Assembly (NCBI GenBank): GCA_019242385.1
Contig: JAFAVO010000238.1
Location: 1 to 30,085 of the forward strand
From: Gammaproteobacteria bacterium
GTDB lineage: Bacteria > Pseudomonadota > Gammaproteobacteria > Steroidobacterales > Steroidobacteraceae
Length of the DNA stretch: 30,085 nucleotides
Direction of reading: 5' to 3'
Below are positions 1-7,715 of this stretch, in pieces (the first letter of the stretch is position 1; every line of letters begins with the position of its first letter). Made by a program: the position numbers and the translations under genes. A model generated the notes under the pieces. The model did not search any database. It was not told the DNA's origin and saw only the letters and a list, made by a program, of their open reading frames with translations.

Positions 1-408
1 GAGCTCGGGCGCGACCACCGGTTCCCAGCCGCGGTTCGCATACAGCTCGAGGATGTGGCGCAGCACGCTGCGCGGCGCCATGCCGACGCGCCGGCCATCG
101 GCGTAGAAGCAGTCGTGGATCACCTGCGCGGTGGGCTCGGCGGCCCACGGCACACGGCGCACCGTCTTCGGATCGGCCTTGAGGACGATATCGATCTCCG
201 CGGGGCTCATAGCCTCGCCGGTCTCGGGCGGATAATCGCCGGTCACGGTCTGCAGGAACACGCTCTCCGGCAGGCGCATGCCACCGTCCTCGGCGAACTT
301 CTCCGCCGGCATGATCTTGCCGCGGGCGATGCCCGCCATGTCGGGGATGATGGCCTCGACCTCCGAGATGCTGTGATCGCGGAAGAATTGCCGGATCTCG
401 CTCACCAT
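1..408 (-). CDS. puuA: Glutamine synthetase-family protein, probable gamma-glutamylputrescine/polyamine synthetase (N-terminal part; runs off the left edge)
   Basis: Not in the ORF track. Manual translation from ATG at 408: MVSEIRQFFRDHSISEVEAIIPDMAGIARGKIMPAEKF...LPESVFLQTVTGDY...VPWAAEPTAQVIHDC...APRSVLRHILELYANRGWEPVVAPEL, the typical GlnA-like PuuA/SpuI N-terminus. It starts 10 nt downstream of the puuD stop, with GAGAG upstream. Confidence 0.88.
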   Translation of the reverse strand, partial: MVSEIRQFFRDHSISEVEAIIPDMAGIARGKIMPAEKFAEDGGMRLPESVFLQTVTGDYPPETGEAMSPAEIDIVLKADPKTVRRVPWAAEPTAQVIHDCFYADGRRVGMAPRSVLRHILELYANRGWEPVVAPEL

Positions 409-418
409 GGGACGTCTC

Positions 419-1171
419 TCACTTTGACTGCGCGCGTTCACGGCTGGCCTCCCCGAAAGCGGCGAATAGCGCCCGGGAAAATGGATTACTCATCACCTGC
501 CACTCGGGGTGCCACTGAACGGCGAGCGCGAAACTGCGCGCGCGGGTCACGCGGAAGGCCTCGATCACTCCGTCGGGAGCGCGGGCCTCGACCGTGAGAT
601 CGGCGCCGAGACCCTCGATGCCCTGGCTGTGGAGCGAGTTGACGCGCACGCGGTCGGCGTCTGCGAGCGAGCGCAGCAGCCCGCCGGGCTCGAGCGTGAC
701 ATCGTGGGCCGGGCCATACTGGACCTCGAGTGGCTGCGTCTCATCGTCGCGGTGATCGAGGAACCCCGGGACCTCGTGCAGCTTCTGGTGGAGCGTGCCA
801 CCGAAGGCGACGTTCATCTCCTGGAAGCCGCGGCATATGCCGAGCACCGGCACCCCGGCCTCGACCGCCTTGCGGACCAGCGGAAGCGTGGTCGCATCGC
901 GCGCCGGGTCGTGCAACGTGCCCGGATCGCTTGGCCGGCCCTTGTAGCGGTGCGGCTCGACATTCGAGGGGCTGCCCGTGAAGAGCAGCCCATCGAGCCG
1001 CTCCAGCAGCTCGTCGACGCGCAGCTCCTCGGCCAGCGCTGGAATGAGGAGCGGGGCGGCACCGGCCGCCTCCATCACGGCCCGCGCGTATTTTTCCCCC
1101 ACCATGTGAAAGGGGTGTGCGCCGACCATGCGACGATCGGCCGGTATTCCAATGAGTGGATGGGTAGCCAT
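419..1171 (-). CDS. puuD: Gamma-glutamyl-GABA hydrolase (peptidase C26, class I glutamine amidotransferase fold)
   Basis: Contains LGICRGFQEMNV (catalytic Cys) and AVQWHPE (His-Glu). Start placed at MATHPLIGI (1171) because the longer track start at 1210 lies in the promoter/operator. Confidence 0.9.
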   Translation of the reverse strand: MATHPLIGIPADRRMVGAHPFHMVGEKYARAVMEAAGAAPLLIPALAEELRVDELLERLDGLLFTGSPSNVEPHRYKGRPSDPGTLHDPARDATTLPLVRKAVEAGVPVLGICRGFQEMNVAFGGTLHQKLHEVPGFLDHRDDETQPLEVQYGPAHDVTLEPGGLLRSLADADRVRVNSLHSQGIEGLGADLTVEARAPDGVIEAFRVTRARSFALAVQWHPEWQVMSNPFSRALFAAFGEASRERAQSK

Positions 1172-1191
1172 GGCGGCTGCGCCGGCCCGGG

Positions 1192-1209
1192 CGTTTAGTA
1201 TATTAAACA
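1192..1209. promoter_or_regulatory. Candidate PuuR operator, CGTTTAGTATATTAAACA
   Basis: AT-rich near-palindrome in the puuD/puuB divergent region; 14/18 identical to the site at 12036-12053 next to puuR. Confidence 0.65.
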
Positions 1210-1224
1210 AACCGCCCTAGCCAA
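1197..1224 (-). promoter_or_regulatory. Candidate sigma70-type promoter for puuD-puuA (-35 TTGGCT, 16 nt spacer, -10 TATACT)
   Basis: Minus-strand reading TTGGCT-N16-TATACT, with the -10 element inside the candidate operator. Identified by eye only. Confidence 0.45.
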
Positions 1225-1443
1225 TGATCTCCAAGCAACCGGGCTATTAGACCACAGCTCAGGCTCCGAAGCGCCAGTTGCCTGCCGCGTGAAAGTAGGC
1301 TATTGGCCTGAGCACAGGCTTTTCGTGCGGTATCCGCACCTGGCTGCGTTTGCCCCGATGGCCGCCGGTGGCTATCCTGCGCGCCGCGCGGCATCGTGCC
1401 GCCTTCCGAATATCCTAAACACCTCCGGTCCGAGGAGCTTTCG

Positions 1444-2727
1444 GTGCAACGCCCTGCGCACATCGGGTCCTACTACGCAGCCTCGGCCCACCCGGCGCCC
1501 GAGCGTCCCGCACTGGAGGGGTCGGTGGAGTGCGACGTCTGCGTCGTCGGTGCAGGCATCGCCGGCTGCTCGAGTGCGCTGCATCTTGCGCAGAAGGGGC
1601 TGTCGGTCGTCCTGCTCGAGCAGCACCGGGTCTCCTGGGGCGCCTCCGGTCGCAGCGGGGGTCAGGCGCTGGTCGGCGTCGCGGCAGGACAAGCCAAGCT
1701 CGAGCGGCTGATCGGGCGCGATGACGCACGCGCCGTATGGGAGGTCTCGGTCGAGGGCGTCGCGCTGATGCGCGAGCTCATCGAGCGCTACTCCATCCAA
1801 TGCGACTGGGCCGAGGGCTTTCTTTATACCGCGGTGAAGCCGCAGCACGTGCGTGAGCTGCAGGCCGAAGTCAGCGAGTTGCGCGACCGGCTCGGCTACC
1901 CGAGCGTGCGCTACGTGCCGCGCGAGGAGTTGCGCGGGCTGCTCGCGACCGACCGGTACCTCGGGGCGCTCTACGACGGCAACGGCGGGCATCTCCACCC
2001 GCTCAACTACACCCTCGGGCTGGCCGCCGCGGCCGAGCAGCACGGCGTGCGCATCTTCGAAGGCACGCGTGCCCGCCATTTCGTTCCTGCGGGCGGCCAG
2101 GTCCGGGTGCAGACGCCATCGGGCGAAGTGCGCGCACGCAACCTCGTGCTGTGCGGCAACGTATACCTCGGCGACACCGCACCCGCCCTCACCTCCAAGA
2201 TCATGGCGGTCGCAACTTACATCGTCGCGACCGAGCCACTCGGGGAAGCACGCGCGCGCGAGCTGATCGCCAACAACGCCGCGGTGAGCGACATGAACTG
2301 GGTGCTGGATTACTTCCGCCGCTCCGCCGACACCCGTCTGCTCTTCGGCGGGCGCGTCAACTACTCGGGCCTGAAGTCCTTCGATGCGCCGGGCGCGACC
2401 CGCGCGCGCATGGCGCGGGTGTTCCCGCAGCTCGCCGCGGCGCGCATCGACTATGCCTGGGGAGGTCACGTCGACATTACGCTCAACCGCGCCCCGCATT
2501 TTGGCCGTCTCGCTCCCAACGTGTACTTCCTGCAGGGCTTCTCCGGGCACGGCATCGCGCTGACCGGCATCGCCGGCAAGCTGGTGGCGGAAGCCATCAG
2601 CGGCACGGCCGCGCGCTTCGATGTGTTCGCACGCATCCCGCACGCCAACTTCCCGGGAGGAGCTGCGCTGCGGCGGCCGGCGCTCGTGCTGGCGATGCTC
2701 TGGTACCGCCTGCGCGATCTGCTCTGA
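1444..2727 (+). CDS. puuB: FAD-dependent oxidoreductase, gamma-glutamylputrescine oxidase (PuuB/OrdL-like)
   Basis: Contains the GAGIAG dinucleotide motif, GASGRSGG, HLHPLNY and GFSGHG. GTG start at 1444 lies 6 nt after GAGGAG (1432-1437). Divergent from puuD/puuA. Confidence 0.85.
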   Translation: MQRPAHIGSYYAASAHPAPERPALEGSVECDVCVVGAGIAGCSSALHLAQKGLSVVLLEQHRVSWGASGRSGGQALVGVAAGQAKLERLIGRDDARAVWEVSVEGVALMRELIERYSIQCDWAEGFLYTAVKPQHVRELQAEVSELRDRLGYPSVRYVPREELRGLLATDRYLGALYDGNGGHLHPLNYTLGLAAAAEQHGVRIFEGTRARHFVPAGGQVRVQTPSGEVRARNLVLCGNVYLGDTAPALTSKIMAVATYIVATEPLGEARARELIANNAAVSDMNWVLDYFRRSADTRLLFGGRVNYSGLKSFDAPGATRARMARVFPQLAAARIDYAWGGHVDITLNRAPHFGRLAPNVYFLQGFSGHGIALTGIAGKLVAEAISGTAARFDVFARIPHANFPGGAALRRPALVLAMLWYRLRDLL

Positions 2728-2740
2728 GCACTCGCCCCGG

Positions 2741-3370
2741 CTACAGCAGCAGCTCGCCGCGCCGCGCCGCAGCCGACACGGCTTCGGCGCGGGTGCGCGC
2801 ATCGAGCTTCGCGAAGATCGATGCCAGGTGGTATTTCACGGTGTTGATCGAGAGCCCGAGGGATCGCGCGATCGCCTTGTTGCCAAGGCCTGCAGCCACG
2901 AGCTCCAGGAGCGCGCGCTCGCGAGATGAGAGAATGCTGCGCGGCGGCCGCAGGCTCAGCGGCGGCGCTGTGGGGATCGTTGTAGGCTGCTGTGGGCGCG
3001 CTGCGTCCGGCACTATCCGCAGCCCGTGAGCTATTGCCTCCAGTGCGTACGCGAGCCGTGCGCCCGTCGTGGGCCAGGGCAGCAGCACCGCCGCTCCGCG
3101 CCGAAACGCCGGGTGCGCGACCTCGAGTGACTCCTCCTCGAGCAGCAACGCAGCCGCAATTCCGCAGCCGATGGCGCTCTCGAGGTACGGTGCGGTTTCC
3201 GGCCAGTGCACCCCGCTCAGCAGCAGCGGCTCACGCAGCTCCGCCACGGCAGGGGCGAGCGCGGCCGGGATGTCGACCTCGAGTGCGGCACTCAGCCCGC
3301 TCGCCTGCAGTTGGCGATGCAGCGCCGTGCGCACCGAGGCCTCGCAGGCCGCGACGATGATATCCACCAT
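2741..3370 (-). CDS. LuxR/NarL-type HTH regulator with degenerate receiver-like N-terminus
   Basis: C-terminal LSSRERALLELVAAGLGNKAIARSLGLSINTVKYHLASIFAKL is a clear LuxR HTH. The N-terminus shows no recognisable phospho-acceptor Asp (PLLLSG where LLLD is expected). Confidence 0.85.
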   Translation of the reverse strand: MVDIIVAACEASVRTALHRQLQASGLSAALEVDIPAALAPAVAELREPLLLSGVHWPETAPYLESAIGCGIAAALLLEEESLEVAHPAFRRGAAVLLPWPTTGARLAYALEAIAHGLRIVPDAARPQQPTTIPTAPPLSLRPPRSILSSRERALLELVAAGLGNKAIARSLGLSINTVKYHLASIFAKLDARTRAEAVSAAARRGELLL

Positions 3371-3397
3371 CCGTCAGTTGGGTGGCACCAAAGCAAA

Positions 3398-4303
3398 TCA
3401 AGAGCGCGGGCGCGCGCCCAGGGTAATCGTCAGCTCATCGACCACCGTCCCGCGCCGGCGCGTGACGAGCAGCGTCTCGCCGGGCCGTTTGCCCTGAATG
3501 CGCCCGAGCAACCGATCGGGCGCCTGCAGCGCATCGCCATCGATGGCGAGCAGCAGATCGCCGATCTCGAGGCCCGCGTCGAGCGCCGGAGAGGGCTGCG
3601 CGACGTCCGCTACGATGAGCACCGCGCGGCCCGCATTGAGGCGATGTCGCGCCTGCAGGCCGAGCGGCAGCGGTACCACCCGAACTCCGAGATAACCGTG
3701 AGCGATGTGCCCGTGCGCAGCCACCTCGCTCACCGCCGCCTCGATCGCGTCGACGGGAATGCCGATGATCTGGCTCGCAGGACCGCGCACGGCCATCGCC
3801 ACGACCGCAGCATCAAGATCCAGGACGGGGCCGCCTTCCGCCGCGGGCGGCAGGCGCACATCGAGCAACAGGCGGCGCGAGAGGCTCGCGCCGCGCCGCG
3901 TCGTCCATGCGCCGGCACTCATCTGGATCGACCCCCAGCTCGCTGTCAGCTCGGATGCAGCGCGTCCTGCCACGGCCACGGTCTGCCCGGTGCGCGGCGC
4001 GCCCGCCGCCGGCGCGAGGTCCGCGCGCTGCGTTTGGCTCGTGCGCAGCACTGCGATGTCGGTGCGCAGGTCGCAGGCGAGCACCTCGGCTTCCGCCGCG
4101 GCACCGTCCGCGAGGACGCGTACCGCCTCTGCGCCTTCGAGCGGCTCGGCTGCGGTGACGAGCAGGCCGCCGCGCCATACGAACGCCGATTGCCGCACAC
4201 GCTGCGCCTCGACCGACAGCACGCTCCCGGCCACGCGCTCGAGTACCGCGGTGCGCTCGGCATCGAGCTGAGAGGAAAGAGGCGAAAGAGACGACTGACT
4301 CAT
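3398..4303 (-). CDS. HtrA/DegP-like trypsin-fold + PDZ protein, apparently catalytically inactive
   Basis: S1C architecture (DLRTDIAVL, C-terminal GYLGV...PDZ with GLEIGDLLLAIDG). The His site reads VTAAEPL and the Ser site reads AAEGGPV. GGAG RBS upstream of ATG. Confidence 0.75.
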   Translation of the reverse strand: MSQSSLSPLSSQLDAERTAVLERVAGSVLSVEAQRVRQSAFVWRGGLLVTAAEPLEGAEAVRVLADGAAAEAEVLACDLRTDIAVLRTSQTQRADLAPAAGAPRTGQTVAVAGRAASELTASWGSIQMSAGAWTTRRGASLSRRLLLDVRLPPAAEGGPVLDLDAAVVAMAVRGPASQIIGIPVDAIEAAVSEVAAHGHIAHGYLGVRVVPLPLGLQARHRLNAGRAVLIVADVAQPSPALDAGLEIGDLLLAIDGDALQAPDRLLGRIQGKRPGETLLVTRRRGTVVDELTITLGARPRS

Positions 4304-4389
4304 GGTATGACTCCGCTCTTTGAAGCGAGCTCCAGTGTTCCGAAGACGGCCGGGCCGGGGTACCGCCCGGATGGGTAGCGTCGCAGCAC

Positions 4390-4995
4390 ATGCACATGCC
4401 GCCGCCGGTCCTGCTCTATCGCGACTTGATCTTCGCGGCCTGGGCGCTGTGGGTCGCCTACTGGGGCATCAGCGCGGGTCAGGTCAAGCAGACCGAGCGG
4501 CGCGAATCCACCGCGGCGCGTCTCGGCTACATCGTGCCGCTCGTCATCGGCGCGTGGTTGATCGCGCTGCCGCTCACGGGGCTCGGTCCGCTGAGCGTGC
4601 AACTATGGCCGGATGAGACGGCGCGCTGGCAGTGTGCGCTCGTGCTGGTGGTGCTCGGCTTGGGGTTCTCGATCTGGGCGCGCATGCACCTCGGACGCAA
4701 CTGGAGCGGCACGGTGACCGTCAAGGAGGGCCATGAGCTCATCCGCTCCGGACCGTACGCTTACGTCCGCCACCCGATCTACACCGGACTCATCGTGGCG
4801 CTGGCGGGCGGCGCCGTGGCCTGCGGCCAGCCGCGCGCGCTCCTCGGGCTCGCCATCATCGTCTATTCGTTCGTGCGCAAGCTGCGTCTCGAGGAGCAGT
4901 TCATGCGGGCGCAGTTCCCCGCCGAGTACGCCCGCTACTGCCGCGAAGTCCCGGCACTCGTGCCCTTTGCACGGCGACGCGTGCCGGGCAACTGA
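4390..4995 (+). CDS. Isoprenylcysteine carboxyl methyltransferase (ICMT/PEMT)-family membrane protein
   Basis: Several hydrophobic helices, LGRNWS, GPYAYVRHPIYTG, EE...F..EYARY. The start could be 4390 or 4396. Confidence 0.85.
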   Translation: MHMPPPVLLYRDLIFAAWALWVAYWGISAGQVKQTERRESTAARLGYIVPLVIGAWLIALPLTGLGPLSVQLWPDETARWQCALVLVVLGLGFSIWARMHLGRNWSGTVTVKEGHELIRSGPYAYVRHPIYTGLIVALAGGAVACGQPRALLGLAIIVYSFVRKLRLEEQFMRAQFPAEYARYCREVPALVPFARRRVPGN

Positions 4996-5041
4996 CGATC
5001 CGGGCAGCAGCGCTGCGGCCGGTCAGCCAGGGGTCTGCGTC

Positions 5042-6064
5042 TCAGAGCTGCTCGGCGATCTGCACCGCATTGAGTGCAGCGCCCTTCAGCAGCTGATCTC
5101 CGGCTACGAACAGCGCGATCGAGCGGCCGCTCGGGTCGCTCACATCCTGGCGGATGCGACCGACGAGGATGGCGTCCTGCCCGGAGGCGTCCTTCGGCAT
5201 CGGAAAGTAATTGCGTTCCGGATCATCGACGAGCTGCACGCCGGGCGCAGGCCGCAGCAGCTCGCGCACTTCGGCGGGGCTGATCGGCCGCTCGCACTCG
5301 AAGTTGATCGCCACCGAGTGCGCCCGCAGCACCGGGACGCGCACGCAGGTGGCCGAAACGCGCATGTCGGCAGCGGCGAAGATCTTGCGCGTCTCCTGTA
5401 TCACCTTGGTCTCCTCATCGTTGTACCCGGTGGTCGGATCGATGCGGGTGTTATGACTGAAGAGGTTGAAGGCGTAGGGGTGTGGCAGCACGCGTGGCGG
5501 ATACTCCCGCCCTTCGAGGTAGGCGCGCGTCGACTCGCGCAGCTCCTCCATCGCCGCCGCGCCCGCGCCGGAGGCGGCCTGGTAGGTGGCGAGCAGCAGC
5601 CGCACGATGCGGTTTGCGCGGTGCACCGGCCACAAGGGCGTGATCGAGATGATCGCGCAGCAGTTGGGGTTGGCGATGATGCCGCGGTGGCTGCGCAGCG
5701 TGTGCGCATTGATCTCGGGCACTACCAGCGGCACCGCCGGATCCATGCGGAAGGCGGAAGAGTTGTCGATCACCGTGGCACCGGCCTGCACGGCGAGCGG
5801 TGCGAAGCGGCGCGAGGTCGCGGCACCTGCCGAGAAGAGCGCGATATCCACCCGCTCAAAGCTGTCCTCGCGCAGCTCGCGCACCGTAAGCGGCTCGCCG
5901 CGAAAATTCAGCCGCTTGCCGGCCGAGCGCGCCGAGGCCAGCAGGCGCAGCTCGGCCAGCGGGAACTCACGCTGCTCGAGACAGCGCAACAACTCGACGC
6001 CGACCGCGCCGGTGGCACCCACCACCGCGACGACCGCACGGGGTGCAGCTCGCTCGTTGAACAT
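5042..6064 (-). CDS. asd: Aspartate-semialdehyde dehydrogenase
   Basis: VVGATGAVG, ALFSAG, DNSSAFRM, ANPNC (catalytic Cys), ATCVRVPVLRAHS, GDQLLKGAALNAVQIAE. Start set at ATG 6064, which follows GGGAGAG. Confidence 0.95.
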   Translation of the reverse strand: MFNERAAPRAVVAVVGATGAVGVELLRCLEQREFPLAELRLLASARSAGKRLNFRGEPLTVRELREDSFERVDIALFSAGAATSRRFAPLAVQAGATVIDNSSAFRMDPAVPLVVPEINAHTLRSHRGIIANPNCCAIISITPLWPVHRANRIVRLLLATYQAASGAGAAAMEELRESTRAYLEGREYPPRVLPHPYAFNLFSHNTRIDPTTGYNDEETKVIQETRKIFAAADMRVSATCVRVPVLRAHSVAINFECERPISPAEVRELLRPAPGVQLVDDPERNYFPMPKDASGQDAILVGRIRQDVSDPSGRSIALFVAGDQLLKGAALNAVQIAEQL

Positions 6065-6278
6065 ACTCTCTCCCGGGGATCGCCGGACGCTACCTGAGCG
6101 TTGCCGGGCTGTAAAGCGCCGGTGCGCGCCGCTGCTCTCGGGTCGTGGCGCCCGCGCACGGACATAACGTGGCGCTACTTCGACGTGCATCACGCGCGCG
6201 CATCAACCGCGGACCTTCCGTGACGAGCATCACCGGTCGCGCTGGCTCTGCCACGTAAGCTTTTCGGCGGAGGGCTCG

Positions 6279-6761
6279 ATGAGGTTCTCACGCGCGGCGT
6301 TCGGCTCGGTGACCCGCGGCGCCACCATCGCGGCGCTGCTCGCGCTCGCGTGCCTGCCGGCGATGCTCGCCGCGCAGGAGGTGTACCGCTCGGTCGATGC
6401 CAGTGGCCACGTGGTCTACTCCGACCGCGGCGGCAGCAAGACGGCACCCAGGACGACACTGCACGTCAACGAGCCCGACCCGGCGGAAGTGGCCCGTCTC
6501 GCCCACGAGCAGCAGCTGCTCGATGCCGACGAGGCGGCACGCGCGCGCACGCAGGCCGTCGAGGACAAGAGCCGGGTGAGCCAGCAGCACAAGAAGCAGC
6601 AAGCCTGCGAGAAGGCGCGCACCGAGTACTACCACATGAAGGATTCGGCGCGCCTCTACAAGCGCGACGCCGAAGGCAATCGGGTCTACTACAACGACGA
6701 TGACGCCGATGCCCTGCGCGAACAGGCGCGGCGCGCCATGCTCGCAGCCTGCGGCTCCTGA
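6279..6761 (+). CDS. Secreted DUF4124-domain protein
   Basis: Signal-peptide-like N-terminus, then VYRSVDASGHVVYSDR (DUF4124 pattern), a coiled-coil and a C-terminal Cys pair. Confidence 0.75.
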   Translation: MRFSRAAFGSVTRGATIAALLALACLPAMLAAQEVYRSVDASGHVVYSDRGGSKTAPRTTLHVNEPDPAEVARLAHEQQLLDADEAARARTQAVEDKSRVSQQHKKQQACEKARTEYYHMKDSARLYKRDAEGNRVYYNDDDADALREQARRAMLAACGS

Positions 6762-6779
6762 AGCGCTCGCGGCGGACCG

Positions 6780-7715
6780 ATGGCGATGGCCGTGCGCCTG
6801 ACCATGCTCGTGCTGATGCTGGTCCTCTCCACAGGCGGGCTGCGCGCGCAGAGCGTGCACGCCTACAAGGACGCGAGCGGTCAGTGGATCTTCAGCGACC
6901 GCGGCGCCGGTGGCGAGCATGCGCAGGGTGATACCTTCACGCTGCCGCGCCCGCCCGAGGCACTACGGGTCACTGTCGAGCGCACCGATGCCGGCGGCGG
7001 CACGCAGCTGACGGCGGCGAACGATTGCCTGTGCGTGGTGACGCTGCGCGTTGCGATCACGCGCTCGACCTTGGCCGGCATCCCGAGCGGCACCATCTAC
7101 CCACTGAAGCTCGAGCCCGGGGCCCGGCAGCTCGTCCTCGAGGCGCAGCACGCGAGCGATGAGCATCCGGAGCTGCAGTTCAAGTGGTCGGTGGCGCTCG
7201 GCTCGCCTGCGGCTACGCACAGCCCCGCGCGCCCGTATCGCGCGCCCTTCGCGGTCGGCACCAGCCATCGCATCTCACAGGCCTATCCCGAGCGCATCAC
7301 CCATGTGACGCCCGACAGCGTCTACGCCATCGACATCGCGCTACCCGATGGCACCGCGGTGTTCGCGGCACGCGCCGGCACCGTGATCAACGTGCGTCAC
7401 GACGGCTTCCGCGGCGGCACGGTCTCGGTGATGGCCGATCAGGCGAACCTCATCGAGATCCTGCACGACGATGGCACGATCGCGGTGTACGGCCACCTGC
7501 ATTGGGACTCGATCCGCGTGCACATCGGGCAGCACGTCGCCCTCGGTGAGTACATCGCCGATTCCGGCAACACCGGCTTCAGCAGCGGGCCGCACCTGCA
7601 TTTCGCGGTGTGGCGCAACGCCGGCGACGCCGATGTCTCCGTGCCGGTCCAGTTCGCCGGCCCTGGCGCGAGCCCGGTGACGCCGGTGAGCGGCATGGAG
7701 TTGACCGCCTACTAG
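6780..7715 (+). CDS. Secreted M23 metallopeptidase with N-terminal DUF4124-like segment
   Basis: Signal peptide, AYKDASGQWIFSD, H...AIDIA, YGHL and GNTGFSSGPHLHF (M23 HxH motif). Confidence 0.85.
   Translation: MAMAVRLTMLVLMLVLSTGGLRAQSVHAYKDASGQWIFSDRGAGGEHAQGDTFTLPRPPEALRVTVERTDAGGGTQLTAANDCLCVVTLRVAITRSTLAGIPSGTIYPLKLEPGARQLVLEAQHASDEHPELQFKWSVALGSPAATHSPARPYRAPFAVGTSHRISQAYPERITHVTPDSVYAIDIALPDGTAVFAARAGTVINVRHDGFRGGTVSVMADQANLIEILHDDGTIAVYGHLHWDSIRVHIGQHVALGEYIADSGNTGFSSGPHLHFAVWRNAGDADVSVPVQFAGPGASPVTPVSGMELTAY

Noticed and set aside
55-597. 180-aa + strand ORF and the many other long antisense or alternative-frame ORFs
   Set aside because: These are shadows of real genes (here puuA/puuD on the minus strand), expected in stop-poor GC-rich DNA, and they carry no family motifs.
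1256-1402. Inverted repeats in the puuD/puuB intergenic region (GCTCAGGC/GCCTGAGC, GTGCGG-TAT-CCGCAC, GCGGCA-TCG-TGCCGC)
   Set aside because: The arms are short and GC-rich, are not repeated at the puuR divergon and could arise by chance; there is no support for an ncRNA or a second operator.
7712-7715. Convergent genes sharing stops in a CTAG overlap (also at 27190-27193)
   Set aside because: This is a common compact arrangement of convergent TAG stops, with no evidence of a special function.
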